NCBI GenBank assembly: GCA_051294375.1
Contig: CM119267.1
Location: 4,433,070-4,497,069 of the forward strand
From: Paraspadella gotoi
Taxonomy: Eukaryota; Animalia; Chaetognatha
Length of the DNA stretch: 64,000 bases
Reading direction: 5' to 3'
Shown here: positions 1 through 15,894 of the stretch, piece after piece
Layout: each line of letters begins with the position of its first letter
Position numbering within the stretch: position 1 is the first letter of the stretch
Translations under genes and position numbers: made by a program
Notes under the pieces: generated by a model
What the model saw: the letters and a program-made list of their open reading frames with translations, nothing else
The model's database searches: none
What the model was told of the DNA's origin: nothing

Positions 1-34
<34 letters not shown>

Positions 35-988
35 AATCAACAAAAACGAAGAGAAAAAATGGACCAAACAAACTTAATCAATCGAGATTTTCAAGTTTCA
101 ACTGATCTGTTTCCTAAGATTTTAATGAATACAGTCGGCTGTATCAGGTGTTCCATTGAAAATCGTCCAGTTTCTCTCTCAGCTGCGCCAATCTATCGCT
201 CTGTATCAAATGCCTAATTGAACCGAGTCGCCCTGTACTTCGTTCCACCGATAGCAGACTTTATTTACTCGGCGATCCTCAAGAAGATATGGCATCGATG
301 GAGGGCGAATGAGATTACGGGAGAAAGGGGCTGGAGGGGGTAAGATAGGCTTTGAGGGGGGAGATGGACGAGGGAGGTTTAGGGTGACAAAAGTTCTTAA
401 CATTTAGAACGCGTTTAAATTTACATATTTTGAACAATTCCCCATTCCCTCACTTCCACATGATGCCAATAGCTTGAGAATCAACTCTTAACCTCTAAGG
501 TTAGATTCATATTTTTTATTGATACGGCGCGTGATAGTTATTTTTTAAAGTTATTCCGAAAATAAAACCCTAAAACTTCTAAAAAAGGTATTAGAAATAA
601 TCTAAACTACTACAATATGCAAATAGATTATGGAAGTCGTCACTAAAGTCTAAACACCCGAACCCCTTCGTTCCTCGGAGAGAAATTCCTTTTCCCGTCG
701 AGAATCGATTAAAGGGCGCAAAGAAGAAGTCAAGGATTATGTAAAAATAAAATGAGAAAGAAATGNNNNNNNNNNNNNNNNNNNNNNNNNNNNNNNNNNN
801 NNNNNNNNNNNNNNNNNNNNNNNNNNNNNNNNNNNNNNNNNNNNNNNNNNNNNNNNNNNNNNNNNNNNNNNNNNNNNNNNNNNNNNNNNNNNNNNNNNNN
901 NNNNNNNNNNNNNNNNNNNNNNNNNNNNNNNNNCGTAATATTTAGTCTCTTCTTGCGTCACTTAAGAAAAGTAAACATCCTTGGTCAT

Positions 989-1070
989 CGACGCTGCCGA
1001 CCTCCTTTGCCGACCTCCGCCGACGCTGCCGACCTCCGCCGACGCCGCCGACCTCCATCGCCGACCTCGG
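989..1070. repeat. GC-rich minisatellite of GCCGAC(CTCC/GCT/GCC) units
   Basis: GCCGAC recurs about 7 times in ~80 bp. Confidence 0.75.
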
Positions 1071-3710
1071 CTGCCAAATCAGCAGCAGCGATCGACTCCT
1101 CGTTTATTCCTCTTTTCCGTTTTCGGTTTTCTTTACATTAGATGGAGATCGAATCGACTTCCGGTGCAAAAGAGAATAGAGAAGAAAAGCGAATAGATTA
1201 GAAGAGAATAGAGAAGAGCAGATAATAGATTAAAAGAGAATATTTATATTATAAGTGAATAGAATAGAAGAGATTAAATTGGAAGAGAACATATTAGAAG
1301 AGAAGAAAAGATAATAGATTAGAACAGAAGAAAAGAGAAGACATTATAAAATAAGAAGACAGAGTGAGAAAAGAATAGGATAAAAATATTCAATAACTGA
1401 ATTTGCGACTGAATGAACGGAGTCGAAGAATCAATTAATGAATAAAAATGAATGGATGTATGAAAGAATTTCTCATCGATCATATCGGACTTTAAAATAA
1501 TTTTCAAAGGAACCATTTTAGTTACAAACCCAAGACAAAATAAACAAACTAATAACAAAAAAAATTTATTAACTAAATGACCAACTTCGTCCTTATCTGA
1601 CAAAATACTGGAAGAATCCCATTCGCCTAATTCATGACATCTGAGAATTTTTCGCCCTCTCTGTTTGCTCGGCGCTAAAGTGCTCTCTCCGGGTTTCTCT
1701 CTCTTTCTCCCTCTCCCTCTCTGGCTCTCTATCTCTCTCTCTCTATTTCATTAGATTTCGAACGCTCAAATGCAGACCTCGAGTTTGCTTTGTTTCCAAT
1801 CATACTGGGTGAACCGAAAAAAAATCCTCTCCTTTCTGCCATCTTTTTTTTTAGTTTTTTTTTTTCTACCGCCTCCATTTTTATTGATTCTTGCTTCTCT
1901 CTCTGTCGCTCAAGCTCTTTTTTCTCCTCCTCTTCCTCTTTACGTTGGCAAAGTTGCTCCCTTCGTTTACTCCTTATCATCTTTTCCAACTTCTCTCTCT
2001 CTCTCAACTTTTTCTCCTTTTACAATCGCAATACTCCTCTCATCCTATACAATTCCTTCTCCTCTTTCGATCCGCCATCTTGGATATTTCTATTTATCTC
2101 TTATAACTTATCTCTTCCTCAACCCAAACAATTTATCCCCATCTCTATTTTCCTATTTCCCCCTAAAATTCTCCCCTTTCCCCGTTTCTCCTCTTTTACC
2201 CTTCTCCCCTCTCTTTCTTCCCTTCCTCCCTCCCCCATTGCTCGCAGCCACTATCCACCCTTCACAAGTCCTTCCTACCATCCCTCTCTCTTCCCATCCT
2301 NNNNNNNNNNNNNNNNNNNNNNNNNNNNNNNNNNNNNNNNNNNNNNNNNNNNNNNNNNNNNNNNNNNNNNNNNNNNNNNNNNNNNNNNNNNNNNNNNNNN
2401 NNNNNNNNNNNNNNNNNNNNNNNNNNNNNNNNNNNNNNNNNNNNNNNNNNNNNNNNNNNNNNNNNNNNNNNNNNNNNNNNNNNNNNNNNNNNNNNNNNNN
2501 NNNNNNNNNNNNNNNNNNNNNNNNNNNNNNNNNNNNNNNNNNNNNNNNNNNNNNNNNNNNNNNNNNNNNNNNNNNNNNNNNNNNNNNNNNNNNNNNNNNN
2601 NNNNNNNNNNNNNNNNNNNNNNNNNNNNNNNNNNNNNNNNNNNNNNNNNNNNNNNNNNNNNNNNNNNNNNNNNNNNNNNNNNNNNNNNNNNNNNNNNNNN
2701 NNNNNNNNNNNNNNNNNNNNNNCTCTCTCTCTCTCTCTGTCTCTTTTGGCAATACCCGAAAGAGATTTAACGCAAGAATGTGAATAGAAAAAAAAGGAGG
2801 GCAGATTCTAAACCAATATTACAAATCGCTCTATTTTGACATCAAAATATTTAAACAATCACTTACACTGTCTTGAAATAAAATTATAAATTACTATATA
2901 GTCTAACTCAAAAATAAGTAAACTGCAGTAATGGATCTTACAAAAAACCGTTAAAAAAACTTTAAAAACAAAAACAAAAAACGCGGGCCTCACGAGACAG
3001 AAAAATCCTTGCGCGCCGAAAAACCAAGTGTAACGCAAACACCGATTGCCCTCTTGAATAAGTCATGGCAGAGAGAGAGAGAGAGAGAGAGANNNNNNNN
3101 NNNNNNNNNNNNNNNNNNNNNNNNNNNNNNNNNNNNNNNNNNNNNNNNNNNNNNNNNNNNNNNNNNNNNNNNNNNNNNNNNNNNNNNNNNNNNNNNNNNN
3201 NNNNNNNNNNNNNNNNNNNNNNNNNNNNNNNNNNNNNNNNNNNNATTCATGACGTTTTTCGATTTTCCCCCCGTCCCCTTTCAAGTTCGTATCGTGACCT
3301 CTGGACCGAAGATTAAGTATTTCACATGTGAATGCGGTTTTTTCTCGACGCTGCTCACGATGCGTCGATGCATCTTTTTAATCGCCATTTAAGGAAGACA
3401 GAAAATATAGTGAATATTATACTGTGGTGTGTAAGCTAGTTTTTAATGAAATGGTCGATATTTAAGGATCTTTAAACTATTCAGCGTAGCGTAAATCCTT
3501 TACGCTGCATTCAAACAAAGCAGCTTAGCGCAAATAGATAAAAGAAGACTTGCCGGGCAAAATCGCACTCGCCCTCACATCCTTTGGAAGAATCAACTGC
3601 GCACGGTTACTCGCGCAAGACAACTTGAGCGTTGAGCGTCGGAAACGTCGTAAAAGAAGCGCTACTTCGCCGCAAAAGTTCTCTTTTACGGCGAATTTTA
3701 GTTTTTAAGA

Positions 3711-3741
<31 letters not shown>

Positions 3742-4842
3742 NNNNNNNNNNNNNNNNNNNNNNNNNNNNNNNNNNNNNNNNNNNNNNNNNNNNNNNNNNN
3801 NNNNNNNNNNNNNNNNNNNNNNNNNNNNNNNNNNNNNNNNNATTAAAACAGGAAGCAATCCGCGTCCGGTTTGACCAGAAAAGAAAAAGCTTTTTACTGT
3901 CAAATTCGGTAATTTTCTTTCCGTCATAGCGAGATTCGACGGTAGGATTTCGGTTCCGGTTCAGCGGACTACGGCGGTGATCTGCCTTTTATTGAGGCTT
4001 CGATAAAAGTCGAATGCTCGGACGTCGCGGAGGCGAAAATTTTAACTCGTCCGATCAAGAATCGGAGAAGCTGCTCGATTAACCAATCGGGAGCGAGGAT
4101 TGACCTCTTAGAGATAGAAGCGGGAAAACGAAAAAATTTTAGCCAATAGAAGGCAGAAGATCCCAGCGGCGACCAATCGCAGCCTCTTTAACGAGCAAAT
4201 CGAATTCTTAATAATATTTGTCGGAAACCTTATTTGGAATAATTTGTTTGCCGTAAAAAGGGTTGTGTGCGAACGTCAACGCTGATTTTTTTTCTATCCC
4301 TGAGTCTCTCTCCTCTCTCTCTTCTCTCTCTCTCTCTCTCTCTTGAAAAAAAAAGAGAAGATCATAATTTAAAAACAATCTATCAAAAGGGTGTTGAAAG
4401 AAAAATCGCCATGGACACTTAAAAGACAACAAAGACCAATTTCTTAGCGGGTCGACCACAACAGCGATTTTTAAAAAATGACGACGACGACGACGACGAC
4501 GACGACGAACGACGACGACGACGACGGCCGCAAACGACGCTTTCAAATCTCCCAAAATTTGTTTATCTTATTGTTTTTAATCCTTTTGACTATATTTTTT
4601 TAACGCTTGAAACTTGGGAAATATAAGGGAGCCGTACGTTTATACGATTGAAACATTCTTTGAAACATTATACCACTTCATTGATTTGGAAGCCCGGTAC
4701 TTTGGGAGTGAATAAACTCGACTTTGAGAAAGTCTAAATTGAATTCTTATTATCTTGTAAGAGAAATGGGTTACATCATAGCCTGTCCAAGATAGCCTTT
4801 TTATTGAACCAATTTTGGTTGTACCAATTTGATAAATTTATT

Positions 4843-5071
4843 TGTGAAGTTTCTTTTATCTTCACGCCCGTAAATTCTAACGTTTGAAGCGTCGTCCGTT
4901 CAAATATTTCAACGTGAGATTAACAAAGTAAAACAAATAATTATGGGTTTATTATTATATTATAATAATTATTTGTAAATTATTAAACGCAAAAAAATAC
5001 TTGTTAAAGCTTACGTTGAAATATTTGAACGAGCGACGGTTCAAACGTTAGAATTTAAAAGAAACTTCACA
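4843..5071. repeat. imperfect inverted repeat / MITE-like hairpin (~75-85 bp arms, ~65 bp AT-rich loop)
   Basis: taaattctaacgtttgaagcgtcgtccgttcaaatatttcaacgt (4871-4915) pairs with acgttgaaatatttgaacgagcgacggttcaaacgttagaattta (5013-5057). The outer tgtgaagtttctttt pairs with aaaagaaacttcaca. Confidence 0.85.
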
Positions 5072-5964
5072 GTAGAAATTGATTTTTCCCCGGCTAATGT
5101 TGATTCTAATTTTCTGCTTTAAACGCAACTGATTTGAGCCGTGAGTTTCACGGAGAAGCCGAAATAACCAAGATACTGACCGGGATAATAACCAAATTAA
5201 AAGGAAGGGCGAGGCATATCTTTGTACATTACACAAGCGCTCGACATAATTGCTGCAACCTGTTGCCATATCTTAGTCCTTTTCCAATCGCAGCCAACCG
5301 ACTTCACCTTTTTCAGTCTTGACAAAAACTTCGGCAAGAACGGATTAAGTTTTGGCAATCGCGAGCAGAAGCGGATCAAATCCACCGGATGAGGTGGGCC
5401 TTTGCGTCTCGTAAAGCGAAAATCTTGTTAAGCGATTTAGCACCTTTTGAAGATTACACGGTTTTTACCATTAGATGTATATTGTATAATTTGTTCATGT
5501 ATTTTCGATACACAAAATATGTAAAGAAAGAAAAAGGAAGAAATATTTAATAAATTATTTGACACTAAAAACCAGATTTATTAATTAATTTATTAATAGG
5601 TTGTCTAAAGAGAATGAAAAAGAATGAACAAGTTATCAAATTGATAAACATTGATAACAAAATCATAGATTTCTATTCTATTCTAAATTGCACATCTTAA
5701 AATGGGGATGTTAATTCTAAAATCGAACTGAATCATTTGCATAGGGCTGAGTTATCTGTTAAGGAAGGGAACCATCAAGACGAGCGATGTCATCTGTTAA
5801 GGTGACGAATCTGTCGCCCGAAGTCCCTTCGGGTTGGCGACTCTCACGATGGGTGTGAATCCCAAAGAGAATCACATCCACTGTCTTCGTTTAGGCAATC
5901 GGCCAATCGGATCGAGTTTTTCTGGCCAATTCACCAATACGAATACGAAAAAACCATCGGATTT

Positions 5965-9135
<3,171 letters not shown>

Positions 9136-10939
9136 AAGAGATCATGACAAACACCTTAGAATCCTCTGTGTATGAGATTAAGATTCGTTCAAAATTCCAG
9201 TATTCGACGCCACGAATCCAGTAAATCGTACGTCTCATCTCTCTCTTTTTTTNNNNNNNNNNNNNNNNNNNNNNNNNNNNNNNNNNNNNNNNNNNNNNNN
9301 NNNNNNNNNNNNNNNNNNNNNNNNNNNNNNNNNNNNNNNNNNNNNNNNNNNNNNNNNNNNNNNNNNNNNNNNNNNNNNNNNNNNNNNNNNNNNNNNNNNN
9401 NNNNNNNNNNNNNNNNNNNNNNNNNNNNNNNNNNNNNNNNNNNNNNNNNNNNNNNNNNNNNNNNNNNNNNNNNNNNNNNNNNNNNNNNNNNNNNNNNNNN
9501 NNNNNNNNNNNNNNNNNNNNNNNNNNNNNNNNNNNNNNNNNNNNNNNNNNNNNNNNNNNNNNNNNNNNNNNNNNNNNNNNNNNNNNNNNNNNNNNNNNNN
9601 NNNNNNNNNNNNNNNNNNNNNNNNNNNNNNNNNNNNNNNNNNNNNNNNNNNNNNNNNNNNNNNNNNNNNNNNNNNNNNNNNNNNNNNNNNNNNNNNNNNN
9701 NNNNNNNNNNNNNNNNNNNNNNNNNNNNNNNNNNNNNNNNNNNNNNNNNNNNNNNNNNNNNNNNNNNNNNNNNNNNNNNNNNNNNNNNNNNNNNNNNNNN
9801 NNNNNNNNNNNNNNNNNNNNNNNNNNNNNNNNNNNNNNNNNNNNNNNNNNNNNNNNNNNNNNNNNNNNNNNNNNNNNNNNNNNNNNNNNNNNNNNNNNNN
9901 NNNNNNNNNNNNNNNNNNNNNNNNNNNNNNNNNNNNNNNNNNNNNNNNNNNNNNNNNNNNNNNNNNNNNNNNNNNNNNNNNNNNNNNNNNNNNNNNNNNN
10001 NNNNNNNNNNNNNNNNNNNNNNNNNNNNNAGCTTTTTACCTCGACGAAAGAATTAAATTCAGCAGAGGAATACATAAGCCACAACAAACAACAACAACAA
10101 CGAAATCTCCCGAAATCGGAATAAAACCTCGACGCGCGGAAGGAGACAAATCGGGAAAAAACATTCGAGGAGGAGGAGGAGGAGAATAAGCCAAACCCAA
10201 AGGGAAAAGGAAGAGGGAAGAGGAATATATAGAAGAATTAATTATATTTTACAACCGCGCACAAACACCAACTAACAAAATAACGAGGAAAAAAAAACTA
10301 GGACGCCGCTAAAGAAAGGAAAAAAAAAATAGGAGCACAAAAAAAAAAAAAATATCAACCCGAGTCAGAAACGGAACCGTGAGCGGAATGGGGCAAAGTA
10401 ATAATATTTTTAATATATAGATACGATTGATAAGGCAAANNNNNNNNNNNNNNNNNNNNNNNNNNNNNNNNNNNNNNNNNNNNNNNNNNNNNNNNNNNNN
10501 NNNNNNNNNNNNNNNNNNNNNNNNNNNNNNNNNNNNNNNNNNNNNNNNNNNNNNNNNNNNNNNNNNNNNNNNNNNNNNNNNNNNNNNNNNNNNNNNNNNN
10601 NNNNNNNNNNNNNNNNNNNNNNNNNNNNNNNNNNNNNNNNNNNNNNNNNNNNNNNNNNNNNNNNNNNNNNNNNNNNNNNNNNNNNNNNNNNNNNNNNNNN
10701 NNNNNAGAGAGAGAGGAAATATTTTCTTTTTTCGAGGTTTCTTTGCTTATCGCGGTAATAAGGAACGTTCTAAAAATGTAAGTTTTATAAGTTTTATAAT
10801 GTAATGTAAGAGCGGGAAAAAAATTTAAGAAGACATCCAATTACCCCCCCTCAAAAAAAATATGTTCTACTCTGTGTAACTGGGTCAGCGGAGCCTGACC
10901 CGGTCTCAGTCGGCGAATAAGTAAGTAAATGGAACTCAC

Positions 10940-11046
10940 CTAGAGTTGGTGCAGTCCTCGTACAAAACGTCGAAATTCTCGCACGATAGGAGTTTGCACC
11001 GGTTGACGCCCGGTTGAATCGCACCGAGGCCTCGCAAAATGCGAAC
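10940..11046 (-). CDS. dac: dachshund coding exon VRILRGLGAIQPGVNRCKLLSCENFDVLYEDCTNS(R/S) (end of DD1)
   Basis: Dachshund motif VRILRGLGAIQPGVNRCKL. Acceptor tattttcag|GTT, donor AG|GTGAGT, 107 nt, phase 0-2. The expected next exon (RPGRPPKR) is not visible in 1-10939. Confidence 0.97.
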
Positions 11047-11052
11047 CTGAAA

Positions 11053-11135
11053 ATAGAATAGAAATAGAATAGAAGTAGAATAGAATAGAATAGAATAGAA
11101 TAGAATAGAATAGAATAGAATAGAATAGAATAGAG
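11053..11135. repeat. (AATAG)n microsatellite abutting a dac splice acceptor
   Basis: Directly visible; reads (CTATT)n on the transcribed strand up to ttttcag. Confidence 0.92.
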
Positions 11136-11530
11136 ATACATTTAACTCATTAGGAACGATATTAAGTTTACAATTAGCTACCAAAAGATTTTCATCCTTA
11201 AAATTAATGGCGCGTCTCGGTAAAACATTAGCAGCAATATCAAGTTGGCATTGTCTCAAAAAAATTAATATAAACTGCGTTTTTAAATTTCTATTTTCGT
11301 CTTAATTATTATAATATATTTTCTTTACTAAATGTGCGTGAAAAGACATCGATTCTGCCGAAATGCAGAAATGGAGAAATCTGTCTTAATTTCCGGCTCA
11401 CATAACTTCGATCATGTATAGCGACATATTTCACTTACTACAATATGCAAACGAGATTTAGAAACCTTACTTGATGAAATAATAATAGTTCAATAGATGT
11501 ACTATGACAGCTTGATAGAATAGTTACATA

Positions 11531-11536
11531 TACTTA

Positions 11537-11630
<94 letters not shown>
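11531..11630. repeat. (TACT)n tetranucleotide microsatellite
   Basis: Directly visible. Confidence 0.95.
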
Positions 11631-12044
11631 AATACATTACTCAAACTTACATAAAAAAAACTCAAATAAAAAAATTGAAACGAATCATAATGATAACGCT
11701 GGTTTATTAAGTCTCTTCAAAAATTATCATAATTACTTCGAAAGTCGAGTGAAAAAAAAGATTCAATTCACGATTTCGAAGTTCATTTTATTTATGACAT
11801 TTCAAAGTTCATTTCATCTATAAAAATCAATAAAAAAAAAGAAATAAAACGAGATTGAAAATTAGATATCAAGGAAATGNNNNNNNNNNNNNNNNNNNNN
11901 NNNNNNNNNNNNNNNNNNNNNNNNNNNNNNNNNNNNNNNNNNNNNNNNNNNNNNNNNNNNNNNNNNNNNNNNNNNNNNNNNNNNNNNNNNNNNNNNNNNN
12001 NNNNNNNNNNNNNNNNNNNNNNNNNNNNNNNCTCTCTCTCTCAC

Positions 12045-12146
12045 CTGCTCCACGTTGCAAACGATTGGCGTGATGTCCAGACGCTTCAGTTTCGTGTAGA
12101 CGGTGTGTAGTCCACCCACAAGATGCTTCAAGAACAACTCGAACGC
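12045..12146 (-). CDS. dac: dachshund coding exon AFELFLKHLVGGLHTVYTKLKRLDITPIVCNVEQ (DD1 core)
   Basis: Near-invariant Dachshund motif FLKHLVGGLHTVYTKLKRL. Acceptor ttctaaag|GCG, donor CAG|GTGAGA, 102 nt, phase 0-0. Confidence 0.97.
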
Positions 12147-12453
12147 CTTTAGAAAGGAAGGGTTCATTTATTGATTGATTAAATTAAATTAAATTGTCTA
12201 TTGAGTGATTAATTGAATCGTTTCGTTGTCGAATAAATGCTTGAGTGATTGCTTGATCGACTAACTGTTGTATTGCTTGATTGATTCATTCATTTTTTTA
12301 AAAAAATGATTTACTGATTGATTGATGAATCAATTAATTATTTAATCAACTAATTGAGCGACGGCATTTATTGATGAAATAATTGACAGCTTCATTGTGG
12401 AATAACGCTCGAAGGACCGGTTGATTAATTCATTTGTTTATTCAACAACCGAT

Positions 12454-12623
12454 GGATTGATTTATTTATTGATCATCAAATGATTGACTGACTGAATAAA
12501 TGATTGATAAATTGATTAATTCATCGATTAATCGATTGATNNNNNNNNNNGGATTGATTTATTGATTGATTATCAAATGATTGACTGACTGAATAAATGA
12601 TTAATAAATTGATAAATTCATCG

Positions 12624-12654
<31 letters not shown>

Positions 12655-12655
12655 A
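12454..12655. repeat. ~75-bp imperfect duplication flanking a 10-N gap, in degenerate (GATT)n DNA
   Basis: ggattgatttatt..attgat..atcaaatgattgactgactgaataaatgatt at 12454 and 12551. Confidence 0.8.
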
Positions 12656-12685
12656 ATCGCTCGCTCGATCGACACAACGACTCAC

Positions 12686-12793
12686 TTGCGGGAGGCAGAT
12701 GACCGTTTCACCGCCGACTTGAAAAGAGGCGATTTTAGCTCCGCGATATTCGATGAGGCGACACTCGTTGCACGAGGGTTCGTTGGGCGCGAC
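12686..12793 (-). CDS. dac: dachshund coding exon, 5' part hidden in N gap 12794-13080; VAPNEPSCNECRLIEYRGAKIASFQVGGETVICLPQ (start of DD1 domain)
   Basis: Hand translation matches the Dachshund DD1 start (NECKMVDLRGAKVASF...ICLPQ in DACH1). Ends at a phase-0 CAA|GTGAGT donor. Not reported in the ORF track. Confidence 0.93.
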
Positions 12794-13223
12794 NNNNNNN
12801 NNNNNNNNNNNNNNNNNNNNNNNNNNNNNNNNNNNNNNNNNNNNNNNNNNNNNNNNNNNNNNNNNNNNNNNNNNNNNNNNNNNNNNNNNNNNNNNNNNNN
12901 NNNNNNNNNNNNNNNNNNNNNNNNNNNNNNNNNNNNNNNNNNNNNNNNNNNNNNNNNNNNNNNNNNNNNNNNNNNNNNNNNNNNNNNNNNNNNNNNNNNN
13001 NNNNNNNNNNNNNNNNNNNNNNNNNNNNNNNNNNNNNNNNNNNNNNNNNNNNNNNNNNNNNNNNNNNNNNNNNNNNNNNNAGGTTGGGGAAGATGAATAT
13101 TATTATAAGTATTATACGCGCATTAAAAATGTTTTTAGTTATTAATAACTTAAATATTAATATATTCTTTATAAAAATCTAAGATAATAGTATCTTTCCC
13201 CCCCACCCTTTCGTTCAACTCAC

Positions 13224-13445
13224 CTGCGAGACGGCGGCGGCGAGAGCGGCGTTGGACACGACCGGCGCCAACGCCATCCCGGCCGCCGACCCGATGACGC
13301 CGTCGCGCCCCAAAGCGGCGCCGAGATGGGCAGAGACGGCGACGGATCGAGGGTCCAAGGGACCAGAGTCTCGATCGCGCCCCGAGACCTCCCGGGTCAG
13401 TGGGGGAGGGGAGACGGAAGAAGGGCGAAGCGGTTCGTCCATCAT
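13224..13445 (-). CDS. dac: dachshund, probable first coding exon (74 aa, MMDEPLRPSS...AAAVSQ)
   Basis: GC-rich open frame. It follows a pyrimidine tract and acceptor (ctctcctcag|TTGCCATGATG, AG at 13452-13451) and ends at a phase-0 CAG|GTGAGT donor. It lies just upstream of, and on the same strand as, the DD1 exons. The peptide itself is low-complexity and not diagnostic. Confidence 0.7.
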
Positions 13446-15885
13446 GGCAACTGAGGAGAGATTGGTTTGATTGATTGATTGATTGATTGATAGATTGATC
13501 GATTGATTGTTGAAAACTAAAAATTGATTTGTAAGACCGATCATTTTAACGTTTGACTGATTGGTATTCTTCAAATAATTAGAACGATTGATTGAACCAA
13601 TAAAGTTAATGATTGAATGACGATTTATTTATTGTGAATCTGGCGACCGCCTGATTATTTTTAAATCTTTCACTCCCTCGTCGAATTTCACTTTACTCTC
13701 CTTTACCAACTTAAAAATGAGCAAAAATTATTCATTATTCCACACCTTTTTTTAAAATTCTGTCTCTTAATGCAAAACTAATGATTTAAGTTCTCTCTCT
13801 CTCGCACACACACGCACTCAGGTACACACAGAGAAAAAAAGAGAGAAGAAAGATTTTGACAGATAAGAAAGATTTTTTATTCTAATCTCTTTAATGACTC
13901 GAAGGCATGAGATCCCGAAGAGAGAGANNNNNNNNNNNNNNNNNNNNNNNNNNNNNNNNNNNNNNNNNNNNNNNNNNNNNNNNNNNNNNNNNNNNNNNNN
14001 NNNNNNNNNNNNNNNNNNNNNNNNNNNNNNNNNNNNNNNNNNNNNNNNNNNNNNNNNNNNNNNNNNNNNNNNNNNNNNNNNNNNNNNNNNNNNNNNNNNN
14101 NNNNNNNNNNNNNNATTTCTGAGGCTAAAAGAAGAACAAGAACGGGAAAGATCGAAGTGTTGCGCCGTAGTAACTTTTATGAGTGGTACCTATTTTTGGA
14201 TGNNNNNNNNNNNNNNNNNNNNNNNNNNNNNNNNNNNNNNNNNNNNNNNNNNNNNNNNNNNNNNNNNNNNNNNNNNNNNNNNNNNNNNNNNNNNNNNNNN
14301 NNNNNNNNNNNNNNNNNNNNNNNNNNNNNNNNNNNNNNNNNNNNNNNNNNNNNNNNNNNNNNNNNNNNNNNNNNNNNNNNNNNNNNNNNNNNNNNNNNNN
14401 NNNNNNNNNNNNNNNNNNNNNNNNNNNNNNNNNNNNNNNNNNNNNNNNNNNNNNNNNNNNNNNNNNNNNNNNNNNNNNNNNNNNNNNNNNNNNNNNNNNN
14501 NNNNNNNNNNNNNNNNNNNNNNNNNNNNNNNNNNNNNNNNNNNNNNNNNNNNNNNNNNNNNNNNNNNNNNNNNNNNNNNNNNNNNNNNNNNNNNNNNNNN
14601 NNNNNNNNNNNNNNNNNNNNNNNNNNNNNNNNNNNNNNNNNNNNNNNNNNNNNNNNNNNNNNNNNNNNNNNNNNNNNNNNNNNNNNNNNNNNNNNNNNNN
14701 NNNNNNNNNNNNNNNNNNNNNNNNNNNNNNNNNNNNNNNNNNNNNNNNNNNNNNNNNNNNNNNNNNNNNNNNNNNNNNNNNNNNNNNNNNNNNNNNNNNN
14801 NNNNNNNNNNNNNNNNNNNNNNNNNNNNNNNNNNNNNNNNNNNNNNNNNNNNNNNNNNNNNNNNNNNNNNNNNNNNNNNNNNNNNNNNNNNNNNNNNNNN
14901 NNNNNNNNNNNNNNNNNNNNNNNNNNNNNNNNNNNNNAAAAAAAAGGTAAGTTAATTTCTCCCTTTTTCCTTTTTCTTTTCTTTTTTTTTCTGGTGAGGA
15001 CCTCATTCGTGTTTCTTCGGAAGAGTTTCAACTACGTCGCCCGTCAATCGTCTAAATTCGTTTCAATCATCGACTGAATCAAACGCGTCGTTAGTTTCGA
15101 TAATTTCATACATGAATTCTCTCTTTTCTTTTCTTTTTTTTTCTTTTTTTTTTATTCTTTTAATTTCTCATCCCTCGAGGGAAAGTTTTTGAAATCGTGG
15201 AAACTGGAGTCCGTCTTAGGATAGAGTTTCGGAAGGATTGGAAGAAAATATATGCGTTCGTGAGAGTTATTTTTAGATTAATGTAAACGTTTTTAATAAG
15301 TATTTTGAACTTATATTTAAGCTTATTTCAGTTTTTCGAATTATATGCTGACTAAAAACCATTTCGTCACTGATGCTAAAATTTTCATCATGGTTTCATC
15401 GAAATAGTAATCGAGTCATTTTAGAATTTTTTTCCAAAGCAGGATGTCTTTGTTTTGACTGGTATAAATATTGTATTAAATTTAATTAGATTGTCAAAGA
15501 TTGAGAAATTTTCAGTAATTTTACTCTCGTCGACTGGATAACACATAATTCAGCGATTCTTTCAAAGATTTCAAACTCGACTCACTTCAAGCGTATGACG
15601 AGTCACTCTTCAACTAGTTTTGACTCTTTTTTGTCAATTACCGAAATTCCCGATTAAATCTGAACAAAGACCAAATAAAATCTTTTTTTTCTTCCCGAAT
15701 TGAAGAAAAAAAAGCTCGAGTTATTTCCTGGCGACTCTAGTGTGAGAAAAAACAAGACCTCAATCCGATCCTCGTGTTTTTATAATAATCGATTTTTATT
15801 CGATTTTATTCGATTTCAAACCTCACAAAAAAATTTGTAAAAAAAAATTGAGTAGGAAAGAAAATATGTTTTGATTGATTAAATT

Positions 15886-15894
15886 ACTCACTTG
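15886..15894 (-). other. candidate splice donor of a non-coding 5' exon of dac (CAA|GTGAGT)
   Basis: Consensus donor of the same form as the dac coding-exon donors. The ATG exon has an acceptor only 5 nt upstream of the start, so an upstream exon is needed. Confidence 0.35.

Noticed and set aside
13224-13245. ...AAAVSQ resembling the SoxE dimerisation motif (EAVSQVL)
   Set aside because: The following exons are unambiguously Dachshund DD1, and no HMG box is present.
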